Notes: generated by a model from the letters alone, not told the origin. Shown: positions 38,773-48,445, counted from the first letter of the stretch. The stretch is 64,000 nucleotides of DNA from Deltaproteobacteria bacterium (GCA_019313915.1 JAFDAJ010000001.1:33369-97368), one strand, 5' to 3'. Translations and numbers: made by a program.

Positions 38773-39870
38773 CTACTCTGGAGCGCTCATCCAGGCTTGA
38801 AACCGTGGCCAGGCCTCCCCAAGACGCGCCTGGAGATCGGCCACGACCGCCTCCGACTCCGCGACATCCGCGCCGAGCTCTCGCGCCCGCTCGCTGCAGA
38901 CCATCGCCGCCAAGACCTGATCGCGAGCGCCCAACGACCGCGCCAGAAGCGGCAACGCGTCGCGCTCCTCCGCACCGAGCCGGATTGCCCGTCTCAACAG
39001 CCCGATCGCCTCGCCGTGTTTCTCGCTCGCCGCCGACGCGCGTCCCAGTGCCAGGAATAGGCCCCCGGCCTTTCCCGATTCGCCAGCCCATTGAATCCCC
39101 AGCCGCAAGACTTCGTTGGCGGCATCGAGCTCACCCATGTTTGCGTACGCGGTGCCGAGCAGGTCCAGGCTGACTGAGAGCCTGCCGTGGACGTCCTCGC
39201 TGAGACCCTCCGCCTCCCCCGTACGCAGCAGCATGGAAATCGAAGTCAACCAGGGGTTGAGCATCGCGACCGTGGCGCCCCAGTTCCCGTGAGCGTTTGC
39301 GTCTTCCGCCTGGTCTACGATCGCAAGGTCGATCGCGTTGTCGTTCTGCCGGCCGATCCCGAGCTCGGAGCGCACGCGTTCATCGAGGACATCTCTGAAG
39401 TCGTCGAGCCCCAAGACGTGCCGAAGCTCGTTGAACTGGAGCGTGATCTCGGACAGGCCAAGGTCAGCGCGAAGCTCGAGCGGCTCCACCTGGAACAAAG
39501 CGGCTTCGAGCATGTAGCGCCCACCGATGTGCGCCTGCAGCGCCTCGGCATCGGCGTCGTCTGGAAGGCTCCAGCTCTGAAGCGGCGTGAGCAGTGACTG
39601 TCCAATCGTCTCACGGAATTCAGAAAGCGGAACCTGCCGAACCGTGGGGTCCTCACCGATCGAAAACTCCACCGTCGTCGGGCTCTCCGAGTGCGGACTG
39701 GCGGTCAGGCTGACGATGCGCGCGCCGGCAATGAGGGCGAGTCCGAGGGTACTGCGACCGATGAGCTCCGCGGCCTTCTCGAAATCCTCGGACTGTTCGA
39801 GGACCTGCTCGAACCAACCGTCGGGACGCGCGGCAGACAGGTCGTAGGCCCGCGGAGAACCGCCGGCCAT
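38773..39870 (-). CDS. Hypothetical protein with a C-terminal TPR-like helical repeat region
   Basis: 365 aa from MAGGSPRAY, starting 1 nt after the epimerase stop. The C-terminal third is helical and TPR-like (LLGTAYANMGELDAANEVLRLGI..., GEAIGLLRRAIRLG). The N-terminal approximately 220 aa match nothing I recognise. Confidence 0.6.
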   Translation of the reverse strand: MAGGSPRAYDLSAARPDGWFEQVLEQSEDFEKAAELIGRSTLGLALIAGARIVSLTASPHSESPTTVEFSIGEDPTVRQVPLSEFRETIGQSLLTPLQSWSLPDDADAEALQAHIGGRYMLEAALFQVEPLELRADLGLSEITLQFNELRHVLGLDDFRDVLDERVRSELGIGRQNDNAIDLAIVDQAEDANAHGNWGATVAMLNPWLTSISMLLRTGEAEGLSEDVHGRLSVSLDLLGTAYANMGELDAANEVLRLGIQWAGESGKAGGLFLALGRASAASEKHGEAIGLLRRAIRLGAEERDALPLLARSLGARDQVLAAMVCSERARELGADVAESEAVVADLQARLGEAWPRFQAWMSAPE

Positions 39871-39871
39871 T

Positions 39872-40837
39872 TTACGCCTCGCCGCTGAGCTTGCGGCGGT
39901 ACCACTCGATCGTGTTGAGCAGCCCCTCTTCGAGCTCGACATGCGCCCGGAAACCGAGAATCTGCTCGGCCTTCTTTACGTCGGGAATGCGAAGCTCGAC
40001 GTCCGGGAAGTCCCAATCGACGAACTCGATCGCGGACTTGCTCTCGGTGAGGCGAACGATCAGCTGGGCGAGCTGGTAAATCGTGACGGTGCTTCGCGGA
40101 TTCCCGATGTTGAAGCTCTCGCCAACCGCGCCCTCGCGCTGCATGGCGAGGAGGATCGCCTCGACGATGTCGTCGATGTAACACCACGAACGAATCTGAT
40201 CGCCTTCGTTGTGAATGCGAAGGGTTTCGCCCTGGAGCGCCCGCACGACGAACGCGTGGACCGCGCCTTCCCCAACCTGCCCTGGCCCATAGATGTTGAA
40301 CGGGCGAATCGCAACCGTTGGGAGGTTGAACTGCTTCCAGTAATTGTGAGCAAGGTGCTCCGTGGCGAGCTTGCTGACCGCATACGTCCAGCGGGCTTCG
40401 CCGACCGCGCCGAGGCTGGTGACGTCCGCTTCCCGCACGCGAAACGCATAGGAACCAAATACCTCGCTTGTGGAGAAATCGATCACCCGCTTGACGCCTG
40501 TGCAGTCGTGGGCCGCGCGAAGGACGTTCATCGTGCCTTCGAGTGAGACCTCCATCGTCATGACGGGGTTCTTCAAGACCGTGTCGACGCCCGCAATCGA
40601 CGCCATGTGGATGATGTACTCGCAACCGGTGACCGCCCGGCGAACCGCCGTCAGGTCCCGGACGTCGCCGACGACGAGCTCGATGTTCGGATGCCTGTCG
40701 AGGCCGGCGCTCGAAAGCGCGTTTCGCCGTAGGATATCAAGGACCCGGATGTGGTTGTCGTCGGCCAAACGAGCAGCCAACGCGGTCCCGATGAACCCCG
40801 CGCCCCCGGTGATCAGAATGTGCGCCCCCTTCAACAT
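39872..40837 (-). CDS. NAD-dependent nucleotide-sugar epimerase/dehydratase (extended SDR)
   Basis: 321 aa with ILITGGAGFIGTAL, the catalytic YAVSKLATEHL (YxxxK) and RPFNIYGPG. Confidence 0.88.
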   Translation of the reverse strand: MLKGAHILITGGAGFIGTALAARLADDNHIRVLDILRRNALSSAGLDRHPNIELVVGDVRDLTAVRRAVTGCEYIIHMASIAGVDTVLKNPVMTMEVSLEGTMNVLRAAHDCTGVKRVIDFSTSEVFGSYAFRVREADVTSLGAVGEARWTYAVSKLATEHLAHNYWKQFNLPTVAIRPFNIYGPGQVGEGAVHAFVVRALQGETLRIHNEGDQIRSWCYIDDIVEAILLAMQREGAVGESFNIGNPRSTVTIYQLAQLIVRLTESKSAIEFVDWDFPDVELRIPDVKKAEQILGFRAHVELEEGLLNTIEWYRRKLSGEA

Positions 40838-40995
40838 GATTCCCAGCTAGCACATACGGAACTCGGAAGTCGAGAAAGCCAAGTCCCTTTACAGGGGGCT
40901 TCCTGCGTGGGATCTTGACCCAACGAGGGGGTATGGGCATCTTTCAGGCGATGGCCGACATGACGTTGGCGCGCGAACCCGCTTAGCTGTTCATC

Positions 40996-43320
40996 GTGAT
41001 GGAACGATTCGTCCTCTGGCACAGGATCCTACCTCCCGCCTTTGAAGAAGAGGAGACGACCGCCGCTGCCGGCCAGTGGGCGCGGTACGTCACCAACGAG
41101 GTGCAAGGTGGCGGCGGCGAGGTGATGTCGTCCCTTGCAGGAACGGTGGTCGCAAACTTCGCGCTTCACGAGCTCAAGACCGCGATCAACCTGGCCCTGC
41201 GTTTGCTCGCCGAGGCCGAGTCACAGCCCGTCCCAACAGGAGGGCTTCCGATTGCTTTCGGCATCGCGAGCGGCGACATTGGACGGGCCGAAGACGACGC
41301 CGGACATCTCACGAATAGCGGTAGCGCGATCGACCGCGCGCAGCTCTTGGCCAACCAGGCGCGCGCCGGTGAAGTCGTGCTCGATGTCGAGTCCCGTGAA
41401 GCCGCCTCGAGGACCTATCTGTTCGGGCGGTCCGTCAGCACGAGCTCCTTTGCATTGCACGGAGAGGCCATCGACCGAAGCCGGCCACTTCTCGAAAAGT
41501 GCCGCCAGTCGGTGGGCCTGCTGCAGCCCGCCCCCATTCCGGCAAGCGTGCGTCATACCCTCGAGCCGATGAAGAAGGCCGCCGCTGGGACGCAGACTTG
41601 CGCGTTCTATTTGAAGGGGGCGCTGGGCGTCGGGGCGCGCGCCGGAGTGTTTGCGCTACGCGACGAGCTCCGACCCCCGGTATTCTTGGAAATCGGTGCG
41701 GTTCCCGGCGGGCTGGAGCCGCTTGGGGGGCTTCGGCTTGCGCTCCTGAAAGCTTGGCGAACGCTCGGGCCGACGCGCAAAGCCTTGAAAAAGACGGAAC
41801 CCGGAGTGGCTGACGCGCTCAAAGCCATCGCTTGCGCGACTCCTCCGCCCCGTGAGGCGACGATCCATGCGCTCAAGGCGACATGCCGCGCGCTGCGGAC
41901 GGAACACGGGCTTCCGTGGATCTACATCGATCGCCTCTCGGCGGTCGATCCGGCAACGCTCGAGGTCCTTGGTGCGGCCCTGTCCGATGACACGGTCGCC
42001 GCGTTGCTGTGCGTCCGAACGACAGAGTCGAGCGTTCCGGCGGGCCTTCGCAGCGTACAGCGGGCGGCAAAGATCGACGTACCTGCGCTCGATCCCAGCG
42101 AAGCGCTAGTGGTGGCTACTGGTATCCTCGGGCCACACGCCAACGCGGAGATCGCCACACAGCTCGTAATCACCGGCGGCACGACGGTGCTCGGAATCAC
42201 CGAAGCCGCGCGAACCATGGTCGCCACTGGAGACCTCGTATACGACGGCGGCACGTTCGTCTGGCGTGACGAGACGGCTGAACGGCGCCAACACATTGGC
42301 CCGCGCGCTCTCCTCGAAGAACGGTTCGCGACGCTCGATACATCATCGATGCGTTTCCTCGAGGTCGCGTGCTCGGCCCTCCCCGCATCGTCTGCACAGG
42401 TTGTCGACGCGGCGGTTGCGCTGGACGGAATACGAGAGAGCACACGGCGCAGAGCCCTCGAGGCCCTGATCAACGATGGCCTCTTGACGCCGCAGGGCAA
42501 GCCCGATTCCGAGCTCCTTCGGAGGGCAGTAGTTCAGCGCATGCCACCCGCGCGCCGGACGGAGGTTTACCGGTTCGTCGCGCACGCGCTTCACACGGCT
42601 GAGCCACTGGTCGGGCCGTCGATGGCGGCCACGGTGGGGGCGTACCTGTGCGAGGGAGGCGACCTCGCGCGCGGCGCCCTCGCGATTCTCGAGGCGGGCT
42701 CCCTTGCCGCCGACAACGGGTACACCACTGCGGCGGTGCGACTGGCTGCCGCCGCAGTTCAGTATCAACCCGACGCGGAGACCCGCGATGCCGCGTCGGA
42801 AATCAGCCGAGCGGTTCGGCTTCCATCGGGACCACCGCTGGACGAAGAAGAGGAGAGGCCGACGATCCCGGTTCCCAACGCGAAGCCAGACGACCCGGTC
42901 GAAGAGATCGTGCGAACGCTCAAGGAAAAGGACCACGACAAGTTCGACACCTTGATCGAATCCTCCATTGCTGCAGGCGGCGACCTCACCGGCGCCCATT
43001 GCCTACGCGTCGTCTCGTACGTGAGTCGTGACGACGTTCGTCGGGCCAAACAAGCCCTAGATGCCGCCAAGAAGAGCCCCAATCAGTCTCCCGGAGCCGC
43101 CATCCGGATTGCAATCGCGTCATCCTGCGTACAACTGGCCCGCGGGCGCGCACGCGACGCGATGATCGATGCACTCGAGGCGCTTGCCGGCGCGCGCGCT
43201 CAACAAGACGGCCCGGGAGAAGCCGCCGCCCTCAAGATGGTGTCGGCGACGTGTCTGGCCGCCGGCCTCGCGAGCGACGCCAACCGGCTCGCGCACGTCG
43301 CCGAAGCGGTCGCTAGCTGA
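40996..43320 (+). CDS. Large cytoplasmic protein with a degenerate class III cyclase-like N-domain, a degenerate AAA_16/STAND-like region and C-terminal helical repeats
   Basis: 774 aa. The N-terminal region GGEVMSSLAGTVVANFA...LALRLL...LPIAFGIASGDIG...GSAIDRAQLLANQARAGEVVLD follows the cyclase homology fold pattern, but the metal-binding FxDxxGFT block is absent. The P-loop position reads LKGALGVGARAG, with no Lys-Ser/Thr. The assignment is by eye only. Confidence 0.5.
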   Translation: MMERFVLWHRILPPAFEEEETTAAAGQWARYVTNEVQGGGGEVMSSLAGTVVANFALHELKTAINLALRLLAEAESQPVPTGGLPIAFGIASGDIGRAEDDAGHLTNSGSAIDRAQLLANQARAGEVVLDVESREAASRTYLFGRSVSTSSFALHGEAIDRSRPLLEKCRQSVGLLQPAPIPASVRHTLEPMKKAAAGTQTCAFYLKGALGVGARAGVFALRDELRPPVFLEIGAVPGGLEPLGGLRLALLKAWRTLGPTRKALKKTEPGVADALKAIACATPPPREATIHALKATCRALRTEHGLPWIYIDRLSAVDPATLEVLGAALSDDTVAALLCVRTTESSVPAGLRSVQRAAKIDVPALDPSEALVVATGILGPHANAEIATQLVITGGTTVLGITEAARTMVATGDLVYDGGTFVWRDETAERRQHIGPRALLEERFATLDTSSMRFLEVACSALPASSAQVVDAAVALDGIRESTRRRALEALINDGLLTPQGKPDSELLRRAVVQRMPPARRTEVYRFVAHALHTAEPLVGPSMAATVGAYLCEGGDLARGALAILEAGSLAADNGYTTAAVRLAAAAVQYQPDAETRDAASEISRAVRLPSGPPLDEEEERPTIPVPNAKPDDPVEEIVRTLKEKDHDKFDTLIESSIAAGGDLTGAHCLRVVSYVSRDDVRRAKQALDAAKKSPNQSPGAAIRIAIASSCVQLARGRARDAMIDALEALAGARAQQDGPGEAAALKMVSATCLAAGLASDANRLAHVAEAVAS

Positions 43321-44176
43321 CGCCGGCGCGGCCGATTGGATACGAACCGAGCACCTTGAGAAAGGTAGTGACCGCTTCGAGGTCGCGAAGTGCGGCCTGC
43401 GTCGCCTCACGATCGACGTTGCCCTCGAAGTCGACGTAAAAAACGTATTCGAATGGCGTGTGCGGCTTGGGTCGTGACTCGATTTTCGTGAGGTTCAGAC
43501 CTTGCTCGGCGAAAATGGCGATACACCGCGCCAAGGCGCCCTGCTCGTGGATCGTCGAAAAGATCAACGAGGTCTTGCACGGCACCCCTTGCTCGTGATG
43601 GGCCAGCTCCCGCGCAACGATGACCATCCGCGTGTAGTTCTCCGGGTGGTCCGCGATGTCCCGGCGCAGGATTGGGAGGCCGTGCAGCACTGCCGCTTCT
43701 TCGCTCGCGATGGCCGCCTGAGTCGGGTCCGCGTCGTGCTTGACCTTCTCGACGGCCATCGCGGTGTCGACAAACGCTTCGACGTGGCAGTCTTCGAGGG
43801 TCTCGAGGAACTCGCCACACTGCGCCAACGCCACCGGGTGGGAGTAAATGCGGCGAATGTCTGTCACGGCCACATCCGACGCTCCGATCAGGCAATGCGC
43901 GATTGGCTGGAACTCTTCTCCCACGAGGAAGAGCCCCGTCTTAGCGAGGAGGTCGTAGCTGTCATTGATCGACCCGGCGATCGAGTTCTCGATGGGAAGC
44001 ACCGCATAGTCGGCTTGTCCCGCCTTCACCGCGTCGAGCATTTCCCGAAAGCTGTGGTAGCCCACGCAGCGAATTGGTGACTGGGCGCTCGCGAAGTGAT
44101 GCATCGCAGCGAGTTGGCTGTACGCGCCCTCGGCGCCCTGGTAGCCGACCACCAACTCTTGTTTCGTCTGGGTCAA
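43313..44176 (-). CDS. pheA: Prephenate dehydratase (PDT plus ACT domains, no chorismate mutase domain)
   Basis: 287 aa with VGYQGAEGAYS, the TRF-like region, and the ACT region ending in the ESRP motif (TKIESRPKP). Confidence 0.9.
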   Translation of the reverse strand: MTQTKQELVVGYQGAEGAYSQLAAMHHFASAQSPIRCVGYHSFREMLDAVKAGQADYAVLPIENSIAGSINDSYDLLAKTGLFLVGEEFQPIAHCLIGASDVAVTDIRRIYSHPVALAQCGEFLETLEDCHVEAFVDTAMAVEKVKHDADPTQAAIASEEAAVLHGLPILRRDIADHPENYTRMVIVARELAHHEQGVPCKTSLIFSTIHEQGALARCIAIFAEQGLNLTKIESRPKPHTPFEYVFYVDFEGNVDREATQAALRDLEAVTTFLKVLGSYPIGRAGVS

Positions 44177-44187
44177 AGTAAACCGCC

Positions 44188-44673
44188 TCAGTCTCGAAAA
44201 TTCACGTATTGGAGCGGCAGATCGAAGTCCTTCTCTTTGAGGAACGCGATGGTCTCCTGCAAATCGTCACGCTTCTTTCCGGAAACCCGCACCGTGTCGC
44301 CCTGAATCGATGCCTGAACCTTCAGTTTGCTGTCTTTGATCGCCTTGACGATTTCCTTGGCCTTCTCTTTGGACACTCCCTCTTTGAGCTTGATGAGCTG
44401 CCGCCACATTTGGCCACCTGCTTGTTGTGCTTGCTGTGGGTCGAGGGACTTCAAGGACACTTGCCGGCGGACCATCTTGCTTTCGAGCACGTCGCGCGCA
44501 GCGTCGAGTCGGCCTTCGCTGTTCGACCGAATGACGATCCCTTCATCGGTCTGCTCGATCGTGCTCTCGGTACCCTTGAAATCGTATCGCTGGGCAAGCT
44601 CTTTGCTCGCTTGATTGCGTGCATTGTCGACTTCGTGCTGGTCGAGTTTGGAAACGACATCGAACGACGGCAT
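44188..44673 (-). CDS. yajQ: YajQ family (UPF0234) nucleotide/cyclic-di-GMP-binding protein
   Basis: 161 aa. MPSFDVVSKLDQHEVDNARNQASKELAQRYDFKG is the canonical YajQ N-terminus. Confidence 0.9.
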   Translation of the reverse strand: MPSFDVVSKLDQHEVDNARNQASKELAQRYDFKGTESTIEQTDEGIVIRSNSEGRLDAARDVLESKMVRRQVSLKSLDPQQAQQAGGQMWRQLIKLKEGVSKEKAKEIVKAIKDSKLKVQASIQGDTVRVSGKKRDDLQETIAFLKEKDFDLPLQYVNFRD

Positions 44674-44697
44674 GTTGACCTCCGGGGCGCGATCATA

Positions 44698-46203
44698 TCA
44701 CGCCGTTGGCTTGCGGCGAGCCGGCTTCTGCACATCCACGCTAGAGTCCCCGCTCACTAGCGGCGAAAAGAAATTGTCCTTCTTGGTATACTCGTCGACG
44801 CGGAATGCAAACTTGTAGCTGGGCGCCGACCGCATGTTGCAGTCAGTGCGCTCGCAGAACCGGCAGGTCGTCCCGACGGGCACCGCCATCTTCTTCGGAT
44901 CGGCAAATGGCAGGTCGTCGGCGTATGCAAAATGCTTGGCGTCGTCCGCATGGGTGCCGAGGCCGATGCTGTAGGTCGTGCCCTTTACGAGCGAACCCTG
45001 TTGCGGCTCGCTGACGACCTTGGCAAAGCAGAAATATGTCGAGCCGTCGGGAAACGCCGAGTACTGCTTGGTGATCACGCTCGGCGTCAGGAACGCCAGA
45101 TGGACGGCCATCTTGGGGCAAGAGCCGTCTTGGTGGGGGAACCGAATTCCGTCACCCGAGTAGCGCTTGGAGATGTTCCCGGCAACGTCAACCCTCAGAA
45201 AGTGCATCGGAACGCCGCGGCGCCGCGGGTCCGACAGATTGCACATCCGATGCGCAACCGTCTCGTACGACGACTCGAAGATCTGGGCGAGGAGCTCGAC
45301 GTCGTACCGGGTGCTCGTCACCTCCCGGTAGAACTCCGGATACGGAAGCAGGAGCGCCCCGGCGAAATAGTTGGCGAGGTGAATCTTGATCAGTTTCCGA
45401 GTCTCGGTGTGTTGGCCGCTGTAGCCTTCGAGGATCGGCCTGTGTAGCTTTTCCTCGTCAAAGAGCCCGAGCGCAATCGTATGCGCTAGCTGGAACTTCA
45501 GTCGCTGTTCGAACAACCCCTCCGAGATGGTCAGGATGCGCTCGTCGGCATTCCACGTGCGGATCACGGAGCTGCCGGTGCGCTCCGGAATTCGGTGCAC
45601 GCGCACGCCTACCTGCGCCAGCAGTCCGCGTTCGAGGTCGTCGCTCGTCACACGGCGTCCAAGCGCACAGTCCCGCCGAAACTGCTGCGCACGCTCCTCC
45701 AACGACTCGAACCAGTTGGCGTGCTGCTCGAGAAAGTCCGTCACCTCGTCGTACGGGCTGTAGTCGAAGCGAACGGAGTCGTCGTCCGCCTGCCGCTCCC
45801 GTTGCGCGATGCTTGCCATGACGTGGTCGAGCTGACTGCGCGTATTCTTGTAGAGATTGAAGAGGGCCGTGATCGTGGCCACCATTCGCGGCTCGGCGCT
45901 GATGCTCGCCAGATCGTCCTCGCTGAGGTTGAGCGAGCGCAACAAGGGCTCGTCGAGGAGCCGCGCAAGGCCGTCGTCGACCCGGCGTTCGCCGAGGCTG
46001 CCCATGAAGTCTTCGATGGCGACGCCGTACAGTTCGATCGCCTGAAACAGCAAGGGTAGCTGAACGACGCGCTTGCCCTTCTCGATGAGGCTCAAGTAGG
46101 CGGGCGAGATCTTGAGACGGCGCGCGACTTCGCTCTGCTGCAAGCCCCGCCGCAGCCGAAGCTCGCGCAATCGCTGCCCCATCGCCGCGTTGGTCTCCGC
46201 CAT
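44698..46203 (-). CDS. XRE-HTH regulator with ImmA/IrrE-like and DUF2083 domains (short-chain fatty acyl-CoA regulator ScfR/PrpR/RamB type)
   Basis: 501 aa with the N-terminal HTH GQRLRELRLRRGLQQSEVARRLKISPAYLSLIEKGKR, a central metallopeptidase-like core and a C-terminal Cys cluster (TTCRFCERTDCNMR). It is divergent from an acyl-CoA mutase operon. Confidence 0.85.
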   Translation of the reverse strand: MAETNAAMGQRLRELRLRRGLQQSEVARRLKISPAYLSLIEKGKRVVQLPLLFQAIELYGVAIEDFMGSLGERRVDDGLARLLDEPLLRSLNLSEDDLASISAEPRMVATITALFNLYKNTRSQLDHVMASIAQRERQADDDSVRFDYSPYDEVTDFLEQHANWFESLEERAQQFRRDCALGRRVTSDDLERGLLAQVGVRVHRIPERTGSSVIRTWNADERILTISEGLFEQRLKFQLAHTIALGLFDEEKLHRPILEGYSGQHTETRKLIKIHLANYFAGALLLPYPEFYREVTSTRYDVELLAQIFESSYETVAHRMCNLSDPRRRGVPMHFLRVDVAGNISKRYSGDGIRFPHQDGSCPKMAVHLAFLTPSVITKQYSAFPDGSTYFCFAKVVSEPQQGSLVKGTTYSIGLGTHADDAKHFAYADDLPFADPKKMAVPVGTTCRFCERTDCNMRSAPSYKFAFRVDEYTKKDNFFSPLVSGDSSVDVQKPARRKPTA

Positions 46204-46217
46204 CCGAGCCGTTTACC

Positions 46218-46227
46218 GTAAATTTAC
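46218..46227. promoter_or_regulatory. Perfect 10-bp AT-rich palindrome GTAAATTTAC, a candidate operator in the divergent regulator/ecm intergenic region
   Basis: It lies 15-24 nt upstream of the regulator start codon and is flanked by TTTAC direct repeats (46212-46216 and 46223-46227). It is conspicuously AT-rich for this sequence. Confidence 0.3.
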
Positions 46228-46438
46228 AAGATCCACCAGCGCCGAGAACGCACGGAAAGTACCGTTTCCCGGCCACTTGACCGCCACTGGCCGTATGATA
46301 ATCCAACAGAGACCCGGCTCGACCGTGTGAAGCTGTAAAGAGCACCGCAACGGTCATCAGGGCCGAGCACGCAAGCAACGCGAGAAACGATGTAGGCTTC
46401 TGCCCCCTCGGGCAGATCGCGAAGGAAAGGACCGGCGG

Positions 46439-48445
46439 ATGGCGGAGTACGGCAAGCGGGAGCGCGACAGACCGTGGATCATGCGGACCTACTCGGGCCA
46501 CAGCACGGCGGCGGCATCGAACGAGCTGTATCGAACGAACCTGGCCAAGGGTCAGACCGGCCTCAGCGTCGCGTTCGATTTGCCCACGCAGACCGGGTAC
46601 GACGCGGACGATCCGCTCGCTCGTGGCGAGGTCGGCAAGGTCGGCGTTCCGGTTTCGCACATCGGCGACATGCGCGCGCTCTTCGACGGGCTGCCACTCG
46701 ACCAAATGAACACCTCGATGACGATCAACGCCACCGCCGTGTGGCTGCTGTCTCTCTACGTTGCAGCCGCCCAGGACCAGGGCGTCGACCCAAGCGTCCT
46801 TCGCGGCACGACACAGAACGACATCATCAAAGAGTATCTGTCGCGCGGCACCCATATCTTCCCGCCCGCTGCGTCGATGCGACTCACCACCGACTTGATC
46901 ACGTACACGGTCAGTGAGGTTCCGAAATGGAACCCCATCAACATTTGCAGCTACCACTTGCAAGAAGCTGGTGCGACACCGACGCAGGAGCTCGCCTACG
47001 CGCTGGTCACCGCGATCGGCGTGCTCGACGCAGTGAAGGCGACCGGCCGCGTGCCCGAGAGCGACTTCGGCAAGGTGGTCGGACGCATGAGTTTCTTCGT
47101 CAACGCCGGCATTCGTTTTGTCGAAGAGCTGTGCAAGATGCGAGCGTTCGTCGAGCTGTGGGACCGCGTCACCCGAGAACGCTATGGCGTCACGGATCCG
47201 AAGCAGCGGCGGTTCCGATACGGCGTGCAGGTGAATTCCCTCGGGCTCACGGAGCAGCAGCCCGAGAACAACGTCATCCGAATCGTTCTGGAAATGCTGG
47301 CAGTGACCCTCAGCAAGGATGCCCGCGCTCGCGCGATTCAGCTTCCCGCCTGGAACGAGGCACTTGGTCTGCCGCGGCCGTGGGACCAGCAGTGGTCACT
47401 GCGCGCTCAGCAGATCCTCGCCGACGAGAGCGACCTTCTCGAATACGCCGACCTGTTCAAGGGCAGTGAAGTGGTCGAGGCGCAGACACAGCGTCTCGTC
47501 GACTCGGCATGGGCCGAGGTCCAAGAGGTGTTGAAGCGCGGCGGCGCTGTCGAAGCGGTGGAGAGCGGCTACATCAAACAGAGGCTCGTCGAGTCAAACG
47601 CAGCGCGGCTTCGCGCGATCGAGAACGGCGACCGGGTGGTCGTTGGCGTCAACAAGTACGTCGAAGGCGCGCCCTCCCCCCTCACAGAGAACCTCGACGA
47701 GGCGATCCTCACTGTCGACCCCGAGGTCGACGCCAGTCAGCGCGCTGCGCTAGCTCGCTGGAAAGAAGAACGCGACAACGCTGCCGTCGAACAGGCGCTG
47801 GCGGAGCTGCAGCGCGTGGCGAAGACCGACGAGAACATGATGACGGCGTCGATTGCCGCTGCTCACGCAGGCGTCACGACGGGCGAGTGGGCCAACACGC
47901 TCCGCGAGGTCTGGGGTGAGTACCGCGCACCCACCGGTGTCGCCGGCGCGACCGTGAAAACCTCCGGATCCGGCCCCGCGGCGGAGACGATCGCGCGGCT
48001 GCGTAAACGGCTCGATGAGCTCGAGGTGCGGATGGGACGACGGCCAAAGCTGCTCGTGGGCAAGCCCGGTCTCGACGGCCACTCCAACGGCGCAGAGCAG
48101 ATCGCCATCAAGGCGCGCGATGTGGGTTTTGACGTGGTCTACGAAGGGATTCGCGTCTCGCCGGAACAGATTGTCGCGTCCGCGCTAGAGGAAGGCGTCC
48201 ATCTGATCGGCCTGAGCATCCTGAGCGGCTCGCATCTCGCACTCGTACCCGAAGTCGTGCGGCGGCTTCGAGACGCCGGGCTTGGCGACGTGCCGGTCGT
48301 CGCCGGTGGCATCATTCCAGAAGCGGATGCCGAACGGCTTCGTCGCGATGGGGTCGCCGCAGTCTACACACCCAAGGACTTCGAGCTCGACAACATCATG
48401 AGCGACCTGATCGACTTGGTGGACCGCCAGCATGCCGCCGAGTGA
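46439..48445 (+). CDS. ecm: Adenosylcobalamin-dependent acyl-CoA mutase, single-chain, most like ethylmalonyl-CoA mutase
   Basis: 668 aa with DRPWIMRTYSGHSTAAASNELYRTNLAKGQTGLSVAFDLPTQTGYD, which is the Ecm/MeaA-type N-terminus. The C-terminal B12 domain carries the DxHxxG motif (GLDGHSNG). The context with meaB, ccr and an acyl-CoA dehydrogenase supports the call. Confidence 0.8.
   Translation: MAEYGKRERDRPWIMRTYSGHSTAAASNELYRTNLAKGQTGLSVAFDLPTQTGYDADDPLARGEVGKVGVPVSHIGDMRALFDGLPLDQMNTSMTINATAVWLLSLYVAAAQDQGVDPSVLRGTTQNDIIKEYLSRGTHIFPPAASMRLTTDLITYTVSEVPKWNPINICSYHLQEAGATPTQELAYALVTAIGVLDAVKATGRVPESDFGKVVGRMSFFVNAGIRFVEELCKMRAFVELWDRVTRERYGVTDPKQRRFRYGVQVNSLGLTEQQPENNVIRIVLEMLAVTLSKDARARAIQLPAWNEALGLPRPWDQQWSLRAQQILADESDLLEYADLFKGSEVVEAQTQRLVDSAWAEVQEVLKRGGAVEAVESGYIKQRLVESNAARLRAIENGDRVVVGVNKYVEGAPSPLTENLDEAILTVDPEVDASQRAALARWKEERDNAAVEQALAELQRVAKTDENMMTASIAAAHAGVTTGEWANTLREVWGEYRAPTGVAGATVKTSGSGPAAETIARLRKRLDELEVRMGRRPKLLVGKPGLDGHSNGAEQIAIKARDVGFDVVYEGIRVSPEQIVASALEEGVHLIGLSILSGSHLALVPEVVRRLRDAGLGDVPVVAGGIIPEADAERLRRDGVAAVYTPKDFELDNIMSDLIDLVDRQHAAE

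Noticed and set aside
46204-46438. Possible cobalamin riboswitch upstream of the B12-dependent mutase, suggested by CCGCCACTGG, which resembles the CGCCACUG core.
   Set aside because: The other conserved elements are not present in the right order. These are the GGGAA/GGUG..AAUCC region upstream and the AGYCMGgAgaCCkGCc-type B12 box downstream. B12 riboswitches also normally control B12 supply genes, not B12-dependent enzymes. A covariance-model scan (Rfam RF00174) would settle it.
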